Shown here: positions 1-8,904 of the stretch, piece by piece
Layout of the letters: each line of letters opens with the position of its first letter
Numbering within the stretch: the stretch's first letter is position 1
NCBI GenBank assembly: GCA_026991575.1
Contig: JALXBF010000104.1
Span: 1 to 55,891, forward strand
Source: Planctomycetota bacterium
GTDB lineage: Bacteria; Planctomycetota; Planctomycetia; JALXBF01
Length of the DNA: 55,891 nucleotides
Reading direction: 5' to 3'
Notes under the pieces: model-generated
Told to the model about the DNA's origin: nothing
What the model saw: only the letters and a program-made list of their open reading frames with translations
The model's database searches: none
Translations under genes and position numbers: made by a program

Positions 1-118
1 ACTGGAAAAACAGGCGCCGGAGTCGGTTACCTGAACGGCGCGGGTGCGCCGCAGAAGGACCATCCGGAGTCTGGGCTTGAGTTCGGCAAGACCAAGAGTC
101 CTTTGGGGAAAAGCGGCC

Positions 119-346
119 ATGGCGCAGAATAGCAAAGCAGTCCCGTTCGTGGAGCGACGGCGCAACGATGGCCCCGCGCCAGGGGGAGTCGAACGCCGGC
201 AGTTCGCCGGATCGCGTGAGCACTTGAGCCCCGAGGCGCGAGAGCTGGCTGAGGCGATCGACGCGTACAAGCTGCAGCACGGCAGGCGGTATATTACGAT
301 CGAAGAAGTGCTGGAGGTGATCAAGAGCTTGGGCTACCACCGGTAG
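119..346 (+). CDS. Small conserved hypothetical protein (~75 aa), planctomycete-type
   Basis: ATG at 119. FVERRR...ERRQF N-terminus and helical C-terminus ELAEAIDAYKLQHGRRYITIEEVLEVIKSLGY. Confidence 0.75.
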   Translation: MAQNSKAVPFVERRRNDGPAPGGVERRQFAGSREHLSPEARELAEAIDAYKLQHGRRYITIEEVLEVIKSLGYHR

Positions 347-376
347 TGGTCTTTGCGGCGGCCGAGGACCGGTTGC

Positions 377-1318
377 ATGCAGCTTCTCTGCCATGGCACA
401 TGGGGTGGACGCCCGGTTGCGCTGAACTGGGCCAGAGTCAAGGAGGTCATCGAACGACTCGGCCGCATGCCACGCGCCCCGACCGGAAGCGATGGCACAC
501 CCGTGCTGCCGGGGGGCGACCCCGTCTGCTACGGCGGCGAGACGAGTTGCCTGGAGCTGTCCTGGGGAGCGAGCGGTCGGTTGTTCCTCGATGCCGGCAG
601 CGGCTTCCGATCGGTGCGGCCGCTAGAGCCGCAAGAACGCGTGCATGTCTTCCTGACCCATTTGCACGTCGATCACGTGATCGGCTTGATCCTAAACCCG
701 TGGCTCTGGACGGGCGACCTACAGCCGGTGGTGCATGCGCTCAGGCAGAAGGCGGGAAAGCTGGACCGGCTGTTAGGCAAGTTGTTTCGGCCGCCGTTCT
801 GGCCGGTTTCCCTGGCCATGTTGGGTGACCGTGTGCGCTACGTGGAGCATGAGCCGGGGGAGGTGATTGCAGGCGACGCGATTGGCGGACCTGCAGAACT
901 GGAGCTTTCCTGTCTACCGGTGGCGCACACCGACGTGGCAGTCGCCTGGCGGGTGACGTGCAAGGCGAAGACGGTGGTGTTCGTGGCTGATCGCGAGGCA
1001 GGTCGCTGCGACCAGCCCGCCTTTGCTCGGTTCGCTGCCGGAGCAGACCTCCTGATCCACGATGCCCAGTACACCCCTGAGGAGTACAAGCGACACGTTT
1101 CGTGGGGGCACAGCGCGTACACGGATGCCGTGGACGCTGCCGTGTCGGCCGGGGTCAGGAGGCTCTGGCTCTGGCACCATGCACCGGACCGGTCCTACGC
1201 GGAGCTGGACGCGCTGGCGTGTGCTGCACGCCGCTATGCAGAAGAGCGGGCACAGTCCAGGGGGGCCAAGCCGGTGACGGTGGAGGCTGCCTACGACGGA
1301 CTCCGCAGCCGGCTGTGA
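377..1318 (+). CDS. Metallo-beta-lactamase-fold hydrolase (RNase Z/phosphodiesterase-like)
   Basis: YGGETSC, LFLDAGSG, THLHVDH (HxHxDH), LIHDAQY, WGHS and HHAP motifs. ATG at 377 chosen within ORF 353..1318. Confidence 0.9.
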   Translation: MQLLCHGTWGGRPVALNWARVKEVIERLGRMPRAPTGSDGTPVLPGGDPVCYGGETSCLELSWGASGRLFLDAGSGFRSVRPLEPQERVHVFLTHLHVDHVIGLILNPWLWTGDLQPVVHALRQKAGKLDRLLGKLFRPPFWPVSLAMLGDRVRYVEHEPGEVIAGDAIGGPAELELSCLPVAHTDVAVAWRVTCKAKTVVFVADREAGRCDQPAFARFAAGADLLIHDAQYTPEEYKRHVSWGHSAYTDAVDAAVSAGVRRLWLWHHAPDRSYAELDALACAARRYAEERAQSRGAKPVTVEAAYDGLRSRL

Positions 1319-1421
1319 CCGGGGCCGGCGGGGCCGATCCCGGCCGCTGTGCCCCACGTACTATAAACGATCCCTCCCGCTTCCAGTCGCGAAGCTGATC
1401 CGTTTCCAACGAGGACACACG

Positions 1422-3212
1422 TTGGTGGACTACGTACTGGGGCCGATATTTGCGCGCGAGTTCTTGACGGTGCCGCGTTCGCCGCGGCACTACCTGAGCC
1501 GCTGCATCTACACCGGTCTGCTGTTCATTCTGCTGTGGACCGCCTGGCAGACGATCGTCGGCTTCCAGCAGATCAGCTCCGCCGGTGACACGGCCCGGTT
1601 CGCGGCTCCGTTCTTCTACTTGCTGTCCTGGATCCAGGTGGGCCTGGTTCTCTTCGTGGCGCCGCTGCTGGCGGCCGCATCGATTACCACCGAAAAGGAC
1701 CGACGCACATTCCTGCTGCTGCTGGTCACCGACTTGACAAACTGGGAGATCGTGCTCGGGAAACTGGGCGCAAGCCTGTTGCAGTTGGGCGTGTTGTTGT
1801 TGTCGGCCGTGCCCGTGTTCCTGCTGTGTAGCTTGCTCGGCGGAGCGAGCGCTCAGCAGATCTTGCGGATCTTTGCAGTTACCGCGGCTACAGGCCTGGC
1901 TGGTGGCGCGTTGGGTATCTTCATGGCTGCGTGGCGTGACCGGACCTTTCAGACTCTGGCGCTGACCGTGCTGGTGCTGTCGTTCTATCTGGTCGGCTCT
2001 GAGGCCAGCGCGCTCTGGGTACCGCAGTGGCTCGGGCTGGGACGGCAGGAATGGATGGCAATGGTGAACCCGATCTACGCGGTCCGGGGCGTGCTGGAGC
2101 CGGTGGCGGCCGAGCAGAGCACGCCGCTGGCGGGCATGTACGAGATCGTCTTCATCGTCGGCTCGCTCGTTACCGCGACTGTCCTCGTGCTGACTACGGT
2201 CTGGAAACTGCGCGACTGGAACCCCAACCCGCGTGAACGGACGCTACCTCCTGAAGAAGTCGCCGAGTACAGCGACCAGGTGGATCCGCACACGCTGCGG
2301 CGTCAGGCCAAGCCGGTCCGGCCGCCGCGACACGTCTGGGACAATCCAGTGCTGTGGCGTGAGGTCCGCACTCGAGCGTATGGACGGCGGCCCGCGCTGA
2401 TAAAAGCAGCCTACGCGCTGCTCTTTGCCCTGTTGTGCGGGGTCTTCGTAACGACGGCCGAGGGCCCGGACACGGCGACCCGATTGACCGTCGGCCAGAT
2501 TCTCGTGCCGATCATCGTCGTCAGCCTGATGCTGATCAACGCTCAGGCCGTCACGTCGTTCACCACCGAAAGGGATCTGCGGTCGCTGGACCTGTTGCTG
2601 GTCACGGATCTGACCCCTAAAGAGTTCATCTTCGGCAAGATCTTTGGGGTCCTGTACAACACGAAAGAGATGTGGCTGTTGCCAATTGGGCTATGTAGCT
2701 ACTTGTGGTTTGCCGGGTATGTGGGATTCGAAGCCTGGCTGTATCTGGTGCTCGGCTTTGCTGTCCTTGCGCTGTTTGCCATTACGGTCGGGCTGCACGC
2801 GGGGATCACGTTTGAGAAGAGCCGGGTGGCGGTGGCCAATTCGCTGGGCATCGTGTTCCTGCTGTTCGTTGGTATCTTGATCTGCGTGTTTCTCATTCTG
2901 GCGGCGGGCCGGTTCGAAAGCCAGCTGGCCAGTTTCGTGGTGTTCATCTTTGCTGGCAGCGTCGCGCTGTACGCTTCCCTGGCTGCGCGTAACCCGTCGG
3001 CTGCGCTGGCCTTAACGGCCGCCATGTGCCCGTTCCTGACGTGGTGGTGCATTGTGCACCTGCTGCCCCGGGGCGTTTTCCCAGGCGGCGATCCGCTGGG
3101 AGGCTTCATCATCGTGTCGCTGGCGTATGGTTTTGCAATCCTGAGCATGCTCGTACCGGCAGTCAGCGAGTTCGACGTAGCACTGGGGCGCACCGTCGCC
3201 GAGGCCGAATAG
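1422..3212 (+). CDS. ABC-2 type transporter permease with duplicated membrane domain
   Basis: Two repeats of the (S/T)xE(K/R)DxR(T/S)xxLLLVTDLT..EI/F..GK motif, many TM helices, GAGGA RBS. Confidence 0.9.
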   Translation: MVDYVLGPIFAREFLTVPRSPRHYLSRCIYTGLLFILLWTAWQTIVGFQQISSAGDTARFAAPFFYLLSWIQVGLVLFVAPLLAAASITTEKDRRTFLLLLVTDLTNWEIVLGKLGASLLQLGVLLLSAVPVFLLCSLLGGASAQQILRIFAVTAATGLAGGALGIFMAAWRDRTFQTLALTVLVLSFYLVGSEASALWVPQWLGLGRQEWMAMVNPIYAVRGVLEPVAAEQSTPLAGMYEIVFIVGSLVTATVLVLTTVWKLRDWNPNPRERTLPPEEVAEYSDQVDPHTLRRQAKPVRPPRHVWDNPVLWREVRTRAYGRRPALIKAAYALLFALLCGVFVTTAEGPDTATRLTVGQILVPIIVVSLMLINAQAVTSFTTERDLRSLDLLLVTDLTPKEFIFGKIFGVLYNTKEMWLLPIGLCSYLWFAGYVGFEAWLYLVLGFAVLALFAITVGLHAGITFEKSRVAVANSLGIVFLLFVGILICVFLILAAGRFESQLASFVVFIFAGSVALYASLAARNPSAALALTAAMCPFLTWWCIVHLLPRGVFPGGDPLGGFIIVSLAYGFAILSMLVPAVSEFDVALGRTVAEAE

Positions 3213-3528
3213 CCGCGAAACGGCCGACAACGATGCTCTCCACAGCGTCTCCTTCTTTACCGCTGCCGGCCATCCTGATCGTCCCGTGAGCATCCTCGGT
3301 CACGCGATTTCGCCCGATAGAGACAATCGGGCGTACTTCTGTCGCCGCAGCCGCCCGATCGGGCCGTAGCGACTGTGGCAGAGCGCGCCGCATGCGCCGC
3401 TTTTTTGGCTGCCACGTTCGCTCGCCTTGACGCCAACCGGCCGTTGCTGTGGTCTACACAGGACGTGCGGTATACTACGTATGGGATGAGTCGCCTGAGC
3501 ACGTTCGGTTCACTGGCGGGGTGCCAGC

Positions 3529-4611
3529 ATGCGTGATCCGCTGAGCTGGTCGTTGAGCGTCGGACGCATCTCCGGGATACCTGTCCGGCTGCACATGTTC
3601 TTCCTGCTGTTCGCAGGGTTTGAGCTTGTGTATGCCGCGCTCGAGCCGGAGCCGCTGACGCCCGCTGCTTCCGTCGCTCAGGTGACGGCGTTCCTGATCA
3701 TGCTTTTCGGCGCGGTTCTGCTGCACGAACTGGGACACTGTGGCGCAGCTCGCCGTGTGGGCGGGTACGCACGCGAGATTCTGATGTGGCCGCTCGGCGG
3801 GCTGGCTACCGTGGAGTATCCCCAGGCGCCGAAGTACGAATTTCTCGTCACGATTGCCGGGCCTGCAGTGAACCTCGTGCTCGGCACCTTTACCGCAGCC
3901 GTGCTGTTGGCCACCGGTTTCCGACCGCCACTTCGTCCGCTGGCGAGCGTGCAGAGTTTCGAGGGGGACCTGCTGCTGGACGGTTGGCCCTTCTGGGCGG
4001 GAACCTTCTTCGCCATCAACCTGATGATCGTGCTTTTCAACCTTCTGCCCGCGTTCCCAATGGACGGTGGTCGGCTGCTGCGCGCGATCTTGTGGAGCCG
4101 CATCGGGTACCGGCAGGGCACGCTGTGGGCCGTGCAGGTTGGCAAGCTGACGGCAATCGGCATGGTGCTCGTTGCGATCTATCTGGGTCTGCAGGACAAT
4201 CGGATCGGCCACACGGTGCTGTTGTTGGTCGGCATATTCGTGTACCACAGCGCGGAGATGGAGCGGTACCGGCTGGTGGCTGCCGATGACTGGGGAACCG
4301 TCGACGCGTGGGGACTCGGTGGCCTGGGCACCGGATATGGCACCGAGATCGACCTGGAGGAGCCGACAGAACTGGAGCGGCCGTTGCCCAAGGCGCGGCG
4401 GAAGAGTTGGTTGCGCCGCTGGATCGAGCGGTGGCGCCGTGCTCGGGAGGAACGCGCCAAGCGCCTGGAGCGGGAGGTCGAGCAGCGGGTGGATGAACTG
4501 CTCGACCGGGTACGGAAGTACGGCATCGAGAGCCTAACCGCAGCCGAGCAGCGGTTCCTGAAGCGTGCCAGCAAACGGTACCGCTCTAAGCTGGAAAGCC
4601 GTCAGGACTGA
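3529..4611 (+). CDS. Site-2 protease (peptidase M50) with C-terminal DUF6576-like helix
   Basis: HELGH zinc motif, AGPAVN, NLLPAFPMDGGR. C-terminal VDELLDRVRKYGIESLTAAEQRFL. Confidence 0.93.
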   Translation: MRDPLSWSLSVGRISGIPVRLHMFFLLFAGFELVYAALEPEPLTPAASVAQVTAFLIMLFGAVLLHELGHCGAARRVGGYAREILMWPLGGLATVEYPQAPKYEFLVTIAGPAVNLVLGTFTAAVLLATGFRPPLRPLASVQSFEGDLLLDGWPFWAGTFFAINLMIVLFNLLPAFPMDGGRLLRAILWSRIGYRQGTLWAVQVGKLTAIGMVLVAIYLGLQDNRIGHTVLLLVGIFVYHSAEMERYRLVAADDWGTVDAWGLGGLGTGYGTEIDLEEPTELERPLPKARRKSWLRRWIERWRRAREERAKRLEREVEQRVDELLDRVRKYGIESLTAAEQRFLKRASKRYRSKLESRQD

Positions 4612-5016
4612 GCTCTCGCAGCCTCCCGCCGGCCGTGGAGCCGTCGGCTTCTGGCCCGGCTCGGAACACTTGGAACCTCGCCTCAGCAGGAAGTGGTCCG
4701 GCTCGCATTTCTCGCCACTCTGGCGCTACCGCTTTCTGTGGTGCATCCAACTGAGCTTTGACGCGCAGTGTGTGCGGGCAGTAGGGGGGGCGCGCGCAAA
4801 GCCGTGCAGTGTGGCAGGCGGATCCGAGCGGCAGCGCCTTGCCCGCGCATGGCTCGGTCATCCCTGTCCTGACCGTCCGCTAAGCATCCGTGCCGCAACT
4901 GCGCGGCTTAGTCACCGCGAGGCGTGCGGAGTGGAACGCTCTTGGTCTTGTCTGACGCTCACGTCGCCGGGCCGGTAGGGGAGGGGGAAGCAGGGGCCAT
5001 TGCCTTGCGGCGCGCG

Positions 5017-5046
5017 AAAAAAACAGAGAAGCGCCGAATGCTTCTC
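5017..5046 (-). terminator. Rho-independent terminator of 5091..6551
   Basis: Minus strand GAGAAGC-ATTCGGC-GCTTCTC hairpin followed by TGTTTTTTT. Confidence 0.75.
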
Positions 5047-5090
5047 CGTGCGCTTCCCCGCTTGACAGGGTGTTTGTTCTCGGTGGGTCG

Positions 5091-6551
5091 TTAGAAGAAC
5101 AGGCCGCGGAGCCATTCGAGGATGGGGCTGGAGTAGAGGGACTGGTTCTCCCAACCCCACATCGTGCGGACAAGGTCGGCCATCATCAAGCCGGTGAAGG
5201 CCAACAGGACGGACGCGATTGACATGACGACAACCACCCACGTTGGCCAGTCTGGCTCGGGGGCCACTCGTGTCACGGGCACGCCGGCCATGGCAGCCTG
5301 CTCGATCGGAGCAGTCGGTGCGCCGACGGCTTGGGTCGGCGGGGCGGCTGCCATAGCGCCGGGCATTTCCATCACGCCGGCACCCAGCCCGCCTTCTTCG
5401 ATAGCTTCGGCAGGCTCTTCGTCCAACGCCGGGGCTGCCATCGCGGTTGCTGCGCTTTCGTCGACCGGGACCTCTTCCTCCAGATCCAGAATCTGGCTGT
5501 CGTCGTCCAGCAGTGGGATCTGGGCGGTGTCGTCGGAGAGGTCCAGGTCGAAGTCGGAGCCTTCCTGTTCGAGCTCGAACCCACTGGGTTCGACCGGTTC
5601 ACCGGGCACCAGCGAGATGTTCTCGGAGGACTCCTCCTGAACGGCCGCCTCATCGCTGGCGTCGCTTCCGAGGACGGCGTCGAGATCGGCGACACCGGCG
5701 TCGGTCTGTTCTGACAGGACGCTGGGGGGTTCTTCTAGCGAGATCCCGCTGTCGGCTGGGGAGTCGAGGGCGACGCCGCTTTCACTCGGTGATCCGGCGG
5801 TTACATCGACTGGTTTCGCCACGGCGCTGTCACCGAGCCCTTCGGCCTCTAGGTCGATGAGGTCTTCTTCGCCGCCGGAGGATGGTTCCAGACTAATCTC
5901 GAAGTCCGTGTCGGACGCGTCATCGGACAGCTCAAAGTCGCTGTCCGGTTCAGACACCATGACCGCTTCGGCCTCGGTGCCTTCCGACGCAGAGTCGGGC
6001 GGCACGGGGGCCGGCTCGGGAAGGCGCGCGTCGCTGTCGCTGGCCGCTTCGGCTGCAGGTGTCGCCAGCTTCACGTCGCTATCGCTCGGCTCCTCAGCCG
6101 CCTGCACCGGCCGCACGTCGCTGTCATTGGGAGCCGCGGCGGACGCGGCCGGCGCAATGCGCACGTCGCTGTCACTCGGGTTGTCCGATGGCTCGGCCAC
6201 GAGTCGCACGTCGCTGTCGCTGGGGCCGATGTCGCTGTCGGAGAACGTCACGACACGAGCCCCGGACGAGCCCGGCCCGGCGTCCGGCAACAGATGGTCG
6301 GCCAGTTGGACTTCGTCGCTGTGCGAGCTCTGAGACAAGAGCGCCTCGGAGCCGCTGCCCAGATCGACCTCCGCACCGCTGCCCAGCAGCCGCTGCCGCC
6401 CGAATTCCTCGATGTCCTGCTCGCGGAACTTGAACGTCCCCCGGTCAATGAACGCGCGGATTTCGCCCCGCCGGGCTAGCTGCTTCAGCTCATCCACAGA
6501 CATGCTCAACCGCTCGGCGGCTTCCTCGAGCGTCAAATACTTCTGAGCCAT
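5091..6551 (-). CDS. N-terminal excisionase-like HTH, acidic disordered linker with SDSDV repeats, C-terminal TM helix
   Basis: YLTLEEAAERLSMSVDELKQLARRGEIRAF HTH, repeated SDSDVRL-like units, D/E-rich tract, TM WVVVVMSIASVLLAFTGLMM, GGAGG RBS. Confidence 0.88.
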   Translation of the reverse strand: MAQKYLTLEEAAERLSMSVDELKQLARRGEIRAFIDRGTFKFREQDIEEFGRQRLLGSGAEVDLGSGSEALLSQSSHSDEVQLADHLLPDAGPGSSGARVVTFSDSDIGPSDSDVRLVAEPSDNPSDSDVRIAPAASAAAPNDSDVRPVQAAEEPSDSDVKLATPAAEAASDSDARLPEPAPVPPDSASEGTEAEAVMVSEPDSDFELSDDASDTDFEISLEPSSGGEEDLIDLEAEGLGDSAVAKPVDVTAGSPSESGVALDSPADSGISLEEPPSVLSEQTDAGVADLDAVLGSDASDEAAVQEESSENISLVPGEPVEPSGFELEQEGSDFDLDLSDDTAQIPLLDDDSQILDLEEEVPVDESAATAMAAPALDEEPAEAIEEGGLGAGVMEMPGAMAAAPPTQAVGAPTAPIEQAAMAGVPVTRVAPEPDWPTWVVVVMSIASVLLAFTGLMMADLVRTMWGWENQSLYSSPILEWLRGLFF

Positions 6552-6948
6552 AGTGGCCTCCCGATGAACCCGTAGCCCCGCTCGTTCTGAAAAGAGCAGC
6601 GGGCCGCAGAATCAACCATCAGCGCACGTCGCCAGCGACGCTACAGCCTGTTACCCAGGGGAATGCTGTGTCTGACGGAACGGCTCACCACACATTGCTG
6701 GACGCGCCAGCCGCTTACAGCCGAACCGTCTGATCTGTCTCAGCCGTCCGTGAACTGAACGCTTGTCCCTGCTCAGACAGCATACTGGCGTGCAGAGCCG
6801 AAGACCGGTCCGTCTATCCCATTGTACTCGCTCCGCGCCGGCTTGCAATCAACCGGGTCCGCCTCCGTCGCGTGGATCAGCCCCGGGCCCTGCCTAAGCC
6901 GCCACGACCACTACAGGGCGTCCGCGCTCCTGTCGTTGACACGCACGG

Positions 6949-8031
6949 TTACCCAAGGGCAAGGCACTGGGAGTCAATCGCGGGCTGTTGCTGGGTGGCG
7001 CAGTGCACGGCACCCAGCCCCCAGATCAGCTCGCGGGCATCGAACGGAACCACCTGGCGGTCCGGATGGAGGCGCTGAAGCACAGAGCAAGCAGCAGCGT
7101 CCTCAGGACAGCCAAACACAGGCACGATGACAGCACCGTTGACGTAATAGAAATTAAGGTAGCTAGCGGGCAGACGCACACCTTCTCGTTCCAGCGGGGC
7201 CGGCAGCCGCAGCGGCACCAGCCGCCAGCGTACGCCCAGGGTATCCTGCGCCGCGCGCAGCTGAGCAAGCAGCTTCGCGCCCAGTCCCGCGTTCGCTTCG
7301 TCCCGCGGATGGTCCTGAGCGTACAGCACCGTGTCCGGCCCGCAGAAACGTACCAGCTGATCCACGTGCCCGTCAGTGTCGTCGCCGGCCAGTACAGCAT
7401 CGATCCAGACCGTGTGCGTCGCGCCCAGATACTGGCGAAACATGCTCTCCAGATCCCGGGCACCGACATGGCCGTTGCGCGACGGGGCCAGAAGACAGCG
7501 CGAGGCCAGCAGGACGCCGCGACCGTTGCTGTCGATGGCACCTCCTTCCAGCACAGCAGGCACGTCGACCGTCGAACAGCCCAGAAGCTGGGCGACGCGC
7601 CGCGGTACCAGGTCGTCCGCGTTCCAAGGAGGATATTTGCCACCCCAGGCGTTGTAACGCCAGTTGAGCACGACGGGCCGCAGGGGCGCCGCCCCCGCAG
7701 CACGTACGAAGATCGGCCCGTGGTCACGAATCCACGGCTCGTCAGAAGGGATCAAATGCAACTGCACGCGGTCGCAGCGGTCCAGGCCGCAAGCGGCCAG
7801 TCGACGAGCCACGACCCGGTAGAGGGCTGGCTCCGGTACGTTGACATGCACCGGCTCAAACGGCGCGATGGTGGCAACCAGTTCCAACCAGATCTGCTGG
7901 GCGCGCGCCTCCAACCCGGGAAAACTGATCGTCTCAGGCCGTGGCCAGCTCAGCCACGTGGCGACGTGCCAATCCCACTCGGCCGGCAAGACATACTGCA
8001 CGCGGTCCTGCGATCCAGGAACGAACGGCAC
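6949..8031 (-). CDS. aguA: Agmatine deiminase
   Basis: PAEW..H.ATWLSWP, WIRDHGP, EGGAIDSNG, DDTDGHVD, PASYLNF and GAVHCATQQQP motifs. Start set at GTG 8031 (or 8001) because the longer ORF overlaps the tRNA. Confidence 0.92.
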   Translation of the reverse strand: MPFVPGSQDRVQYVLPAEWDWHVATWLSWPRPETISFPGLEARAQQIWLELVATIAPFEPVHVNVPEPALYRVVARRLAACGLDRCDRVQLHLIPSDEPWIRDHGPIFVRAAGAAPLRPVVLNWRYNAWGGKYPPWNADDLVPRRVAQLLGCSTVDVPAVLEGGAIDSNGRGVLLASRCLLAPSRNGHVGARDLESMFRQYLGATHTVWIDAVLAGDDTDGHVDQLVRFCGPDTVLYAQDHPRDEANAGLGAKLLAQLRAAQDTLGVRWRLVPLRLPAPLEREGVRLPASYLNFYYVNGAVIVPVFGCPEDAAACSVLQRLHPDRQVVPFDARELIWGLGAVHCATQQQPAIDSQCLALG

Positions 8032-8061
8032 TCCAAAGGCCCGCCAACAGGAATGGTTCAG

Positions 8062-8135
8062 CGTCCCCGGCAGGACTCGAACCTGCAACCTTTGGCTCCG
8101 GAGGCCAACGCTCTGTCCAATTGAGCTACGGGGAC
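8062..8135 (-). tRNA. tRNA-Arg(CCG), CCA not encoded
   Basis: GTCCCCGTAGCTCAATTGGACAGAGCG-TTGGC CT CCG GA GCCAA-AGGTTGCAGGTTCGAGTCCTGCCGGGGACG. Full cloverleaf with T-loop GTTCGA. Confidence 0.97.
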
Positions 8136-8399
8136 GACCAGTTGACCGGCTATCTATTCTATCCGGTGGCTGGCCACAGACCAGCCCGGACGGCATTAGC
8201 TCGCGTTGCGCTCTGCCAGCAGGGGACGTCGCCAGCCCCAGCCAGATCCAGATCCTTGCAGCCCAAGCGTCCGACAAGAGCGTCGGGCCCAAGCCCCCCA
8301 GAGTAGATGGACTAACGCCCTATGAACCAGGATGCCAAACCGGCCGCTCCCACGCCGGCCAGTTCTCTCACACAGCGGGGACTATCGAATCGTGCCAAG

Positions 8400-8680
8400 C
8401 AGCAGCAAGGGCACAGGCACCGTGCCGCCGAGCTGCTGGTTGCGGCTCGGCTCGTTCACAGCACTCTCGCAGCAGGCTCAGTTCCATGAGGTGCTCGACA
8501 CGGCCCTGGTCATTGTGGACGTGCGCTAGCGCGAATCCCCGCTCCAGCAATCACGGGCAGTGCGGGCCGGCTGCTGGGCTCGGCCTTGCTCAGCACTGCC
8601 TGCCCTGGCATCTCGGGCCGCGGATAGAGCCAGCGGTCCAATTCAAATGCGGTCCGTTGTACCGATCAGCCCCGGCTCCG
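8400..8680 (-). pseudogene. Possible eroded RimJ/RimL-like GNAT acetyltransferase fragment
   Basis: Frame-broken pieces AFELDRWLYP, SSRPALP/LLERGF and AHVHNDQGRVEHLMELSLLRE loosely resemble the GNAT C-terminus. Confidence 0.25.
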
Positions 8681-8904
8681 TCCGACCGGTTGCCTGGAGC
8701 GAACAACCCCAGCGCAGCAACGGCGGAGAGAACGATCGGCTTGGCGCGCGCGGACGACGGCGACGCACTCCCCGCGACGGCTGGGGCGCCTGGTCGGCTG
8801 ATCGGCTTGAGCGGGCTGCGGAGCTGCAGTTACAATGCGCTAGCCAGAACGGTCAGCTCGTCGGTCTGTTCTGGGCTGCGGGCCGGGGCAGGTAGGGGGC
8901 TCCC

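Noticed and set aside
8062..8135. tRNA-Arg as an island integration site
   Set aside because: No integrase and no duplicated tRNA 3' end were found, and the 3' side is followed directly by aguA.
8032..8292. N-terminal extension of the aguA ORF
   Set aside because: It overlaps the tRNA gene, and family similarity starts only near PAEW.
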